A DNA stretch of 64,000 bases from an uncultured bacterium (lineage in GTDB: Bacteria > Acidobacteriota > Aminicenantia > Aminicenantales > Saccharicenantaceae): assembly GCA_963743755.1 (NCBI GenBank), contig CAVUQU010000003.1:251326-315325 (forward strand). The letters run 5' to 3'. The notes below the pieces were generated by a model, which searched no databases, was not told the origin of the DNA, and saw only the letters and a list, made by a program, of their open reading frames with translations. The first letter of the stretch is position 1. Each line of letters opens with the position of its first letter. The translations under genes and the position numbers were made by a program. Positions 46,914-55,779 of the stretch are shown one piece after another.

Positions 46914-47560
46914 GGTCGTTTCCTTTCTTCGGTCGGTGACAGGTCTTCCCCGGCGAGACGGACCCCGGCCCAGTCGTCGCCGAGCAGCGCGAGGGCGACG
47001 GAGCGGGTGTCGCGGGCGAGGGCGGCGGCCCGGTCGAGGAGGCGGGTCGATTCCGCTTCGGCGCGGTCCGGCTCGCCCCTATCGAGGAGCCGGAGGACCC
47101 GGCAGGTCCCGAGCCGGAGAAGCTCGGCGCTCCAGGCGATCCCGGCCAGGCTCTCCTGGACCTCGCGGCAACCCATGAGGCTGCTGGCGAACGCGCCGCG
47201 CTCCCGGGCGGAACGGGCGCCGGCCTCGAGGACGTATTCTGCGGTGCCGGCGAGGCGGGCGAAGGCGCAGAGCCGGTCCCCGACAGGATCGGCCGTCCGG
47301 GAGGCGTTGCACCGCGACAGGAGTCCCCGGGCCCAGTCCGGATCGCACGATGCGGCCCCCTCGATGATCGCGACGGTCTCGCCAAGGAGGACCGCCGGCA
47401 GGTCGACGGCCTCATCCCGTGTTTCCCCTCCGGCGAGGTCCCGCCGGATCTTTTCCCACGACAGCCGTTCTTCGAGGCCGGAGGTATCCGGGTGGGAGCG
47501 GAAATATTCGCGGGCTCTCCGGCGGAGGTCGTTCTCTGCGGCGGAGAGGAATGCGTCCAC
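46910..47560 (-). CDS. hypothetical protein resembling only the C-terminal helical domain of acyl-CoA dehydrogenases
   Basis: About 216 aa from GVG-less GTG 47560. The helical region ..ERGAFASSLMGCREVQESLAGIAWSAELLRLG.. resembles the ACAD C-domain. N-terminal and beta domains are absent. The start is uncertain. Confidence 0.4.
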   Translation of the reverse strand: MDAFLSAAENDLRRRAREYFRSHPDTSGLEERLSWEKIRRDLAGGETRDEAVDLPAVLLGETVAIIEGAASCDPDWARGLLSRCNASRTADPVGDRLCAFARLAGTAEYVLEAGARSARERGAFASSLMGCREVQESLAGIAWSAELLRLGTCRVLRLLDRGEPDRAEAESTRLLDRAAALARDTRSVALALLGDDWAGVRLAGEDLSPTEERKRP

Positions 47561-47571
47561 GTGCGGCCGCC

Positions 47572-48741
47572 TCAGCGGCCCCGGCGGATGACGCCGGAGG
47601 CTTCGAGGCCGTCGATTTCGGCTTCGGACACGCCGATCTCCCGGAGCAGCTCGGCGGTGTGCTCGCCGTGCCCCGGACAGGGCTTCCGGCCGGGCTCCGC
47701 CCTCGACCTGAGGGGATGACCGACTCGTCTGACGGCCGGGCCGCCCGGAACGGGGGGGATGACAAGGTTGCGGGCGCGAACCTGGGGATCCTCGAAGACC
47801 TCGTCGAGCGAGGACACGACCTCGCAACAGAAATCCGTCCCCGCCAGGATCTCTCTCCATTCGGCGGCCGTGCGGCCGGCGAAGAGCGCCTCGAAGAGGG
47901 CGAGATCCTCGGCCTTCTCGGAAAATTGCAGGGGGACGAGGTCGTCGCGGCCGACCTTTCGGCAGAAGGCCTCCCAGAACTTCTTCTCCAGGGCCGCGAG
48001 CGAGACGTCCCGCCCGTCGCGCGTCCGGTAGACGTTGTAACAGGGATGCTTGCCGGAGAGGGGCATGCGGCCCCGGCCTCCCCGTTCACCGGCCTCGTGT
48101 TCGGCCGCGGGCATGACCATCATAGCCATGGCGCTGTCGAGCATGCCGATGTCGACGTGGCGGCCGAGGCCGGTGCGGTCGCTCTCCCGTAGCCAGGCCA
48201 GGATGCCCGTCGCCGCGAACAGGGCCGACCCCAGGTCGGCGATCTGGACCGGAGGGATGGCCGGAAGCTCTCCGGGACGTCCGCAGAGCCCGAGGATGCC
48301 GGAGCGGGCCGTGAAATCGAGGTCGTGACCGGCCAGGTCGCGGTCGGGCCCGTCCTGGCCGTAACCCGAGATGGCGCAATAGACGATGCCCGGATTGACG
48401 GCCCGGACGGCGTCGTAGCCGATGCCCAGGCGCTCGACCGTTCCCGGGCGGAAGCTCTCGACGATCACGCGGGCCGTCGCCGCGAGCTTCATGAAGATCT
48501 CCCGGCCGGCCGGGGCCTTGAGGTTGAGCGAAACGCTCTTCTTGCCGGGATTCAAGGCCAGGAAATACGAACTCTCGCCGCCGACGAAGGGCCCCATAGC
48601 CCGGATGTAGTCCCCGGCCTCGACATCCTCGATCTTGATGACCTCGGCGCCGAGGTCGGCCAGGACGAGGGTGCAGTAGGGGCCGGGGAGGAGGCGCGAC
48701 AGGTCGAGGACGCGGACGCCGTCGAGGGGCTTGTCGCTCAT
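47572..48741 (-). CDS. family III CoA-transferase (CaiB/BaiF type)
   Basis: 389 aa, intact. Motifs GVRVLDLSRLLPGPYCT and ESFRPGTVERLG. SD GGGGAGG upstream. Confidence 0.85.
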   Translation of the reverse strand: MSDKPLDGVRVLDLSRLLPGPYCTLVLADLGAEVIKIEDVEAGDYIRAMGPFVGGESSYFLALNPGKKSVSLNLKAPAGREIFMKLAATARVIVESFRPGTVERLGIGYDAVRAVNPGIVYCAISGYGQDGPDRDLAGHDLDFTARSGILGLCGRPGELPAIPPVQIADLGSALFAATGILAWLRESDRTGLGRHVDIGMLDSAMAMMVMPAAEHEAGERGGRGRMPLSGKHPCYNVYRTRDGRDVSLAALEKKFWEAFCRKVGRDDLVPLQFSEKAEDLALFEALFAGRTAAEWREILAGTDFCCEVVSSLDEVFEDPQVRARNLVIPPVPGGPAVRRVGHPLRSRAEPGRKPCPGHGEHTAELLREIGVSEAEIDGLEASGVIRRGR

Positions 48742-48812
48742 GATCCTCCCCTATTTAGCAGAAAGCACGGGCCCGGTCAATCGCTGCGGGCCGGGGCCGC
48801 CGCCGACGGTAT

Positions 48813-48841
48813 TTGACATTCTCCGGCTCTCCGATAATAAT
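48813..48841 (+). promoter_or_regulatory. candidate promoter of FabH-like/TRASH genes
   Basis: Consensus TTGACA (48813-48818), then 16-17 nt, then TAATAA/AATAAT (48835-48841). About 70-nt leader with SD GAGGAG. Confidence 0.45.
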
Positions 48842-48908
48842 GATAGGGCCTGATAGGCGTTACCCTCCCCGAACTAACAGAAGCCGAGATAAGACGAGGA
48901 GCGCGCGC

Positions 48909-50012
48909 ATGCGAGTGAAGATCGCGGGCACCGGAAAGTGCCTGCCCGGCACCGACGTCCCCGGCCGGGTCGTCACCAACGAGGAGATGGTCCGCATCCT
49001 CCTCGCCCACAAGGCGATCAAGCCGGGGACCGACCGGCCCTGGCTGCCCGGCGAGCTGGTCCCGCAGAAGATCGTCGACCTCGTCGGCATCCGGGAGCGC
49101 CGCTGGGTCGACGACAGCGTCAACACGTCCGATGTCGCCTTCTTCGCGGCCGAGCAGGCCCTGGCCGACGCCGGGATCGGCTGGCAGGACATCGGCATCC
49201 TGGTCGTCGGGAGCTCGACTCCCGAGGCCCTCTTCCCCTCGACCGCCTGCATGGTCCTCAACAAGGCGATCAACAAGAAGATCGCGGCCGGAGAGCTCGA
49301 CGACCGGACCGCCCGGTCGGCCCTGCGCATCCCCGCCTTCGACGTTCTGGCCGCGTGCTCGAGCGGCCTGTACGCCGTAGACATCGTCCGCAAGCACCTC
49401 CTCGACCCGGACAACGAGGCCGAGTACGGCCTGGCCATGGGCGCGGAGGTCCTCAGCCGGCTGCTCGACTTTTCGGACACCAACGCCGACCTCTGGGGCG
49501 ACGGCTCGGCGGCCGTCGTCCTGAAGAGGACCGTAGGTACGTCGGGCATCGTCTGCTCGGTCATGGGCACGGACACGATGAGCCTCGACGCCGCCTATAG
49601 CGCCGGCCACGACACCCGCCGCCACGACGCCCCGGTCCGGCCGAACATCGCCATCAAAGGACACGACATCCAGAAGTTCGTCCTCCGGATCATCCCGGAG
49701 CTCATCCTCAAGACCCTCGACAAGGCCAACCGGATCCCCGGCCGGACGCGCGACTACCGGCTCGAGGACATCGATCTCTTCGTCTGCCACCAGGCCAACG
49801 CCCGGATCTTCGAATTCCCGGCCAAGAAACTGGGCATCCCGATCGAGAAGTTCTATGTCAACGTCGACCGCCGCGGCAATTGCTCCTCGACCTCCGTTCT
49901 CCTGGCCCTGCGCGAAGCGGTCGAGGAAGGCCGTCTCAAGCGAGGCGGTCTGGCCATCATCACGAGCTTCGGCGGAGGGCTGACCTGGGGCTCCATGCTG
50001 GTCGAATGGTAG
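48909..50012 (+). CDS. FabH-like ketoacyl synthase III family protein with insertions
   Basis: Start ATG 48909 (MRVKIAGTGK). Cys-His-Asn triad contexts AACSSGLYA, VCHQAN and GNCSSTS. About 40 aa longer than canonical FabH. Confidence 0.8.
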   Translation: MRVKIAGTGKCLPGTDVPGRVVTNEEMVRILLAHKAIKPGTDRPWLPGELVPQKIVDLVGIRERRWVDDSVNTSDVAFFAAEQALADAGIGWQDIGILVVGSSTPEALFPSTACMVLNKAINKKIAAGELDDRTARSALRIPAFDVLAACSSGLYAVDIVRKHLLDPDNEAEYGLAMGAEVLSRLLDFSDTNADLWGDGSAAVVLKRTVGTSGIVCSVMGTDTMSLDAAYSAGHDTRRHDAPVRPNIAIKGHDIQKFVLRIIPELILKTLDKANRIPGRTRDYRLEDIDLFVCHQANARIFEFPAKKLGIPIEKFYVNVDRRGNCSSTSVLLALREAVEEGRLKRGGLAIITSFGGGLTWGSMLVEW

Positions 50013-50263
50013 CCGCGTTCTTGCGCTTCGTCCTGTTCGCCTTCATCGCCTGGGTCGCCTTCCTGTTCGTCCGCGTCTATCGCGGACTGAGACAGCCGAA
50101 GAAGCCCGCGGGAGATCCCCGGCCGCAGGTCGGGAGCGTGATGGTCAAGGACGCGATCTGCGGCACCTACATCCCCCGCGAAGAGGCCCTGACCGAGTTC
50201 CGGGACGGCGCCGAGCATCACTTCTGCTCGGACGAGTGCCGCCGGAAATTCCTGAAGCGCTGA
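50006..50263 (+). CDS. membrane-anchored TRASH/YHS-type zinc-ribbon protein
   Basis: ATG 50006 overlaps the FabH-like stop. One TM (FLRFVLFAFIAWVAFLFV), then C-X21-C-X3-C (CGTY...HHFCSDEC). Confidence 0.65.
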   Translation: MVAAFLRFVLFAFIAWVAFLFVRVYRGLRQPKKPAGDPRPQVGSVMVKDAICGTYIPREEALTEFRDGAEHHFCSDECRRKFLKR

Positions 50264-50278
50264 CGCCGGGTCCGGCGC

Positions 50279-50572
50279 TCAGCCGGAAAAGGTGACGACC
50301 CGGAAATCCGGGAGCTCACCGGTCGCCGGCTCCCGGCGGACCTCGAAGCTGTCCACCCGGGCCAGGCTCGGGCCGGCCCGGAGCCGGTCGAGGAACGTCT
50401 CGACGTGCTCGGCCGTACCCTCGGCCAGGACTTCGACCCGGCCGTCGGGCAGATTGCGGGCCCAGCCGGCGATCCCGAGACGGCCGGCGTATTTCTCCGC
50501 ATAGGACCGGTAAGCCACGCCCTGGACGCGGCCGCCGGCGAATATGCGTACCCTGACCAGGTCCTCGCCCAT
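50279..50572 (-). CDS. acyP: acylphosphatase
   Basis: 97 aa. [11 protein letters not shown] and [13 protein letters not shown] motifs. Confidence 0.85.
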   Translation of the reverse strand: MGEDLVRVRIFAGGRVQGVAYRSYAEKYAGRLGIAGWARNLPDGRVEVLAEGTAEHVETFLDRLRAGPSLARVDSFEVRREPATGELPDFRVVTFSG

Positions 50573-50632
50573 GTCCTCTGTGAATACCCCATCGGCCCGA
50601 AAAAAGTCAACAGCCCGGCCCCGCCCGAATCA

Positions 50633-50641
50633 TGGTAGAAT
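50633..50641 (+). promoter_or_regulatory. extended -10 (TGgTAGAAT) ahead of thiD
   Basis: TGGTAGAAT lies 27 nt upstream of ATG 50669. Confidence 0.4.
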
Positions 50642-50668
50642 CGCCTCGACTGCCGGAAAACGATCGAC

Positions 50669-51484
50669 ATGGCCAAGAACCTGATCTCCATCGCCGGCTA
50701 CGATCCCAGTGCGGGCGCCGGCGTACTCCTCGACATCGCCGTCTTCGAAGGTTTGGGCCACCGAGGCTTCGGCGTGTTGACGGCCGTGACCGCCCAGAAC
50801 GCGGGCCGGGTGGACCGGGTCATGCCCGTGACGGCCCGGGCCGTCGAAGGCCAGTTCGCGCGGCTGGCCGAGGCGGTCGAGATCTCCGGCATCAAGGCCG
50901 GCATGCTGGCCACGGCCGCGAATCTCTCAGTGGTGGCCGGGATCCTGGCCGGCCGGCCCGGCCTGCCCCGGGTCGTCGATCCCGTCTTCCGTTCGACCTC
51001 GGGCGCCTTCCTGCTTCGAAGATCCGCCTGGCCGCGCTATCTTCCGGCGCTCCGCGGGAAGGCCGATCTCATCACGCCCAACCTCGACGAGGCCGGGATC
51101 CTCGCATCGGGCCGCGTGACGACCGTGGCCGGCATGAAGGACGCCGCCGAGAAGATCGCGGGGGCCGGCCGCATGGCCTGTCTCGTCAAGGGCGGCCACC
51201 TCGAGAAAAGGGCCGTCGACGTCCTCCACGACGGGCGGGGTTTCACGGTTTTCGACCATTCTCGGCTCGACGTCGGGAGCGTCCACGGGACGGGCTGTTA
51301 CCTGTCCTCGGCCATCCTCGCCTTCATGGCCGAAGGACGGGCCGTAGCGGAGGCCTGCGGACTGGCGATCGAAAGGACCGGCGCGGCCATCCGCGACGCC
51401 GTCCCGGCGGGCGGCGGCCGCCGCGTTTTCGATCTCAGTCGGGAACGGAGCCGGCCGCGGACCCGGGCCGGGAAACGGCGCTGA
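50669..51484 (+). CDS. thiD: hydroxymethylpyrimidine/phosphomethylpyrimidine kinase
   Basis: 271 aa. Motifs IAGYDPSAGAG, KAGML, KGGH and GTGCYLSSA. The 3' end overlaps the convergent gene by 50 nt. Confidence 0.85.
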   Translation: MAKNLISIAGYDPSAGAGVLLDIAVFEGLGHRGFGVLTAVTAQNAGRVDRVMPVTARAVEGQFARLAEAVEISGIKAGMLATAANLSVVAGILAGRPGLPRVVDPVFRSTSGAFLLRRSAWPRYLPALRGKADLITPNLDEAGILASGRVTTVAGMKDAAEKIAGAGRMACLVKGGHLEKRAVDVLHDGRGFTVFDHSRLDVGSVHGTGCYLSSAILAFMAEGRAVAEACGLAIERTGAAIRDAVPAGGGRRVFDLSRERSRPRTRAGKRR

Positions 51485-52475
51485 CGCTGCGGGCCGCCCG
51501 GCGGAGGATCTCCGCGGAGAAGACGACACCCTGGCGGGCCGCCGCCGCGGGATTGATGTGGAGCTCGACCTCGTCCATGGATTGGATCGGGATCCTGGCC
51601 GGGCTCTCCCCCCCCATGACCCGGATGGCCAGCCGGCCGGTCTTGAGCCCCATGCCGTAGAAATCGTAGCCCAGCGAAGCGCAGGCGCCGAACTCGACGG
51701 AACGCAGGAAGCTGGCGACGAGGGGCACGGCGTTCTCGTCGGCCGCGCGGCCGATGACGTCGAAAGCGCTGTTGAGGGTGTTGTCGGACATGGGGAACAG
51801 GACGTCGATCCTGGCGTTGAGAAGACGCTGCAGCGACGCGGGGATCTCGTGGGGACTCGTGACGGGAACGGCGACGAGCTCGAGGCCGAGCGCGGCGCCA
51901 GCCTCCCGGGCCAGGTCCAGGTAATATTCCGAGTTGATCTCGGAGGACGTCCAGAGCGAACCGACCCGCCGGGCCTTCGGGAGAAGTTCGCGGATGAGCG
52001 CCATCGTCTGGCGGACGGGACCCGTGGAGACGACCCCGGTGACGTGTCCGGGGTGGTTCTCCGCCGACGGGCCCGCGCCGACGAGGTAGGGAACCGCGAC
52101 GGCGCCGAAGACGATGGGGGTCGTCCGGCCGGTGAGAAGGGCCGCCTGAAGGGCTTGGGTCGACAGCGGGATGATCAGGTCCACCTTCTCGGCGGCGAGA
52201 TCTCGGGCGATGCGTTGGACCTCGGAGATGTCGTTGTTAGCGATCCGGATGGAGACCGCGATGTCGCGGCCGTCGCGGAGGCCGGCCTCGGCGAAGGCCT
52301 GGAGGATCCCCCGCCGGACCTCGCTTCCCGTCGGTGAGTCCACCGATTGGAAGATGCCGATGGCGTATGGTTTCGGGGCGTCGACGGGAGCGGGCGGCGC
52401 TTCCCCTTTGCGGCAGGCGGGGGCCAGAACGAGCCCGATCGCCAGCAGAGCCAGGGACAGCGTTGCTTTGTTCAT
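51435..52475 (-). CDS. ABC transporter substrate-binding lipoprotein (PF04392-like)
   Basis: Start ATG 52475 (MNKATLSLALLAIGLVLAPAC lipobox). No partner permease or ATPase is adjacent. Confidence 0.65.
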   Translation of the reverse strand: MNKATLSLALLAIGLVLAPACRKGEAPPAPVDAPKPYAIGIFQSVDSPTGSEVRRGILQAFAEAGLRDGRDIAVSIRIANNDISEVQRIARDLAAEKVDLIIPLSTQALQAALLTGRTTPIVFGAVAVPYLVGAGPSAENHPGHVTGVVSTGPVRQTMALIRELLPKARRVGSLWTSSEINSEYYLDLAREAGAALGLELVAVPVTSPHEIPASLQRLLNARIDVLFPMSDNTLNSAFDVIGRAADENAVPLVASFLRSVEFGACASLGYDFYGMGLKTGRLAIRVMGGESPARIPIQSMDEVELHINPAAAARQGVVFSAEILRRAARSVSAVSRPGSAAGSVPD

Positions 52476-52488
52476 ACCCGACCCCCTC

Positions 52489-52517
52489 ATCTTAGACCAA
52501 GTCCCGGCGCCGGACAA
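52489..52517 (-). promoter_or_regulatory. candidate promoter of substrate-binding protein gene
   Basis: Minus strand reads TTGTCC (52512-52517) - 17 nt - TAAGAT (52489-52494) - 13 nt - ATG 52475. Confidence 0.45.
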
Positions 52518-52537
52518 GACTCCGGGAGACGCCGGCC

Positions 52538-53521
52538 CTAGGGGAGAAGTCCGGTCACGGCCCGGAACCGCTCGGGCGAGATGTTGCCGCCGCTCGCGAC
52601 GAGTACGACCGTCCGGCCCGCCCATTGCGCCGTCGAGTGGAGCAGGGCGGCGACCGGAAGCGCGCCCGCCCCCTCGATCATCCGGCCGTGGCGCTCGCGG
52701 ACGAGGGCCAGAGCCCGGACGATCAAGGCCTCCGGGACGACTTCGATCGCGTCGACCAGGTCCCGGCAGAGGGGGAAGGTGATGGAGCCCGGCTCGATCC
52801 CGCCGGCGACGGCGTCGGCGACGGACGCGCGCTCGTCGAATCCGACGAGCCGGCCCGCGGCGACGGACGCGGCCATGAAGGCGGAGGTCTCGGGCTCCAC
52901 GCCGACGATGCGGACGCCGGGCCGGACCGCTTTGAGGTAGCCGGCGACCCCGGCGATGAGACCTCCCCCGCCGATTGGGACCAGGACGTCGTCGAACCGG
53001 GCGAGGCCGGCGGCGAGCTCGAGGCCCGTCGTGCCCGCTCCGAAGACGATGTCCCGGTCGTTATAGGGCGAGACGAAGACGCGGCCGTGGCGAGCGGCGA
53101 ATTCCCGGGCGACGGCCTCGGCCCTGTCGCAGCTTTCGCCCGCGATCTCGACGTCGACGCCCAGGGCCTCGATCCGCCTCTTCTTGACCTCGGCGACGGT
53201 CTCCGGAAGGAAGAGCTTGAGGCCGATGCCCTCGAGCTTGGCGGCGTGGCTGATGGCCAGGCCGTGGTTGCCCGTCGAGGCCGAGACGACGCCGCGGGCC
53301 CGCTCCTCCGGCGCGAGCGAGCGGAGCTTGTTGAGTGCTCCCCGAAGCTTGAACGAGCCCGTGATCTGGTCGCACTCCCATTTGACGTGGACGTCGGCCC
53401 CGAACTCGCGGCTCAGCGGCTCGGACCGCTCGAGCGGCGTCCGCCGGATGTCAGCCTCGATCCTCCGGTAGGCCTCCGGGACCTTATGGAAGAAATCCAA
53501 GGATAGCTCCTGTTGGCTCAT
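52538..53521 (-). CDS. PLP-dependent threonine/serine dehydratase-family enzyme
   Basis: 327 aa. PLP-lysine context SFKLRGA, glycine loop GGGGLIAG and ASTGNHG. Confidence 0.8.
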   Translation of the reverse strand: MSQQELSLDFFHKVPEAYRRIEADIRRTPLERSEPLSREFGADVHVKWECDQITGSFKLRGALNKLRSLAPEERARGVVSASTGNHGLAISHAAKLEGIGLKLFLPETVAEVKKRRIEALGVDVEIAGESCDRAEAVAREFAARHGRVFVSPYNDRDIVFGAGTTGLELAAGLARFDDVLVPIGGGGLIAGVAGYLKAVRPGVRIVGVEPETSAFMAASVAAGRLVGFDERASVADAVAGGIEPGSITFPLCRDLVDAIEVVPEALIVRALALVRERHGRMIEGAGALPVAALLHSTAQWAGRTVVLVASGGNISPERFRAVTGLLP

Positions 53522-53617
53522 TCCCGCTTTTTACCATATGTGGTCATTACAAGAAAAGCGGCCTCGATGAAAAATAAAATCAATAACGTCCCCATTTTTT
53601 ATAGTTCCCGTTTCCGG

Positions 53618-53623
53618 TAGAAT
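53618..53623 (+). promoter_or_regulatory. -10 box (TAGAAT) of DUF72/decarboxylase operon, leaderless spacing
   Basis: TAGAAT - 7 nt - GTG 53631. The GTG must be the start because the DUF72 N-terminal signature GTAGWSY begins 6 codons later. Confidence 0.45.
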
Positions 53624-53630
53624 AGCGTCC

Positions 53631-54536
53631 GTGGCCAAATATCACGTCGGCACCGCGGGCTGGAGCTACGAGGACTGGGAGGGCATCGTCTATCCGCTCT
53701 CGAAGGGCCGCGGTTTCCACGCCCTGCCCTACCTCGCCGACTTCATCGACATCGTCGAGGTCAACAGCACCTTCTACCGCCCGGCCGACCCGGCCCTGGT
53801 CCGCTCCTGGCTGAAGAGGATCGAGGCCCGCCCGGACTTCCTCCTGGCGCTGAAGCTCCACCAGTCGTTCACCCACGCCCGGTCGGGCTTCACCCGGAAG
53901 GACGTGGACGCTTTCCGGGCGGCGGCCGACATCCTCCATCTCCGGGGCCGGCTGGCCGCCCTGCTCGTCCAATTCCCCTGGTCTTACCGCAACACGCCGG
54001 AGAACATGCGAATATCTCCCCGCCTGTTCGGTCTGTTCGCCGGCTATCCCGTCGCGGTCGAGGTCCGGCACGGGCGCTGGGACACGCCCGCGTTCTTACG
54101 AAGCTCTCCGGGGTCAAGGTCGCCTTCTGCAATATCGACCAGCCGCTTTTCGACGACTCGATCGCGCCGTCGGCCGTCAGCACGACCCCCGATTTCGCCT
54201 ACGTCCGCCTCCACGGCCGCAACCCAAGGACTGGTTCCGCGAAGGGACCGGGCCGCGACGACCGTTACGATTACCTCTACGCCGCGGACGAGCTCGAGGA
54301 ATGGGTCGACCGGATCAAGGCGCTGGGACGGAAGAGCGGCAAGGTCTTCGTCATCACCAACAACCATTACCGGGGACAGGCCATGGCCAACGCCCTCCAG
54401 ATCAGAACATGATCATCGGGCGAGAAGGTCGATGTGCCCGAGCTCCTCCTCGAGAAATACCCGGTCCTGCGCGAGATCGTCCGGACCATCGAAAGCCGGC
54501 CAGCTGGATCTGTACGACAAGGGAGACAAGACATGA
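53631..54536 (+). pseudogene. DUF72-family protein; at least 4 frame breaks
   Basis: The N-terminal 155 aa are clean (VAKYHVGTAGWSYEDW...). The protein then continues as KLSGVKVAFCNIDQPLFDD...YVRLHGRN...YDYLYAADELEEWVDRI..VITNNHYRGQAMANALQI (frame +2 from about 54097), MIIG (about 54409), EKVDVPELLLEKYPVLREIVRTIES (about 54421) and QLDLYDKGDKT-TGA (about 54498). Confidence 0.75.
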
Positions 54537-55779
54537 ACTGGTGGGAAACCGAATTCGTCGCCGTCGGGGACAACAGGCTCCGGATCGCCGGCCGGGACGC
54601 GGCCGGGCTGGCCGGGCGCTACGGGACGCCGCTCTACGTCTACGGCAAGGACCGCATCCTCGAACGGTACGCCCGTCTCGACAACGCCTTCGCCCGCAAC
54701 ACCGCCCTGCGAGACCCGGATCTGCTACGCCATGAAGGCCAATCCCCACCGGGGGATCCTCCGCCTGCTCCGGGGCCGGGGCGCCTGGATCGACGCCGTC
54801 TCCCCCTGCGAGGTCGAGACGGCCATGAAGGCCGGGTTCCCCGCCGAGCCGGATACTCTTCACCGGGACGAGCGTCAGCCGGGCCGACCTCCGGGCCGTC
54901 TTCGCCATCGACGGGCTGACCGTCAACATCGACGCCGCCGAGCAGCTCGCCGTCATGAGCGAGGTCGAAGTCGCGATTTTCCGAAGAAAACCATCCGGGT
55001 CTCCGTACGCTGGAACCCCGGCGTCGGCCGGGGCATCAACTCCCGCGTCATAACGGCCGGCAAGCGGTCCTCCGATGGGACGCCCATCAAGTTCGGGGTC
55101 GAGGCCAAGAAAGTACTCGATGTATTCGTCCGGGCCAAGAAGATGGGTTTCCGTCCCGTCGGACTGCACCAGCACCTCGGCTCGGGCTGGGTCCGCGAGG
55201 ACTTCGGCATGGTCCGGACGGCCGTCGACCTCATGGTCCGCAAGGCCCGGGAGATCGAGAAGGCCGGGATTCCCGCTCGAGTTCCTGGATTTCGGCGGCG
55301 GCTTCGGGCCCCGCTATCACAAGTCGCGCAGCGTTTTCCCGGTCGAGGACTACATCGCCTACCTCACCGGCGCCGTCGCCCGGTCCGGCCTTTCGGTCAA
55401 GGCCCTGGCCCTCGAGCCGGGCAAGTACATGGTCGCGGACGCCGGCGTTCTGCTCCTCGGCGTCGAATACGTCAAGGAGAGCTACGGCAACATCTTCGCC
55501 TGCGTCGACGGGGGGACCTTCAACACCGTGCCCCGGCCGGCCATCTACCTCTCCGCCCACCACGAGATCGTCAACGCCGGCCGGGTCGACGGGCCGCACA
55601 AGGCCCGCATCACCGTGGCCGGGAACCTCTGCGAGACGGGCGACGTCTTCGGCCGGGAGCGGTCCATGCCCCTGCCCGAGAGCGGCGACATTCTGGCCGT
55701 CCTCTGCGCCGGCGCCTACTGCCGGAGCATGGCCTCGAACTTCAATCTCCGGGAGATCCCCCGGGAGATCCTCATCTGA
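54533..55779 (+). pseudogene. Orn/DAP/Arg-decarboxylase family 2 enzyme (LysA-like); 4 frame breaks
   Basis: ATG 54533 overlaps the DUF72 stop (ATGA). Motifs are recovered across frames: YAMKAN (PLP Lys), HQHLGSG, DFGGGFG, EPGKYMVA and CETGD. Junctions near 54708, 54850, 54972 and 55268. Confidence 0.75.
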
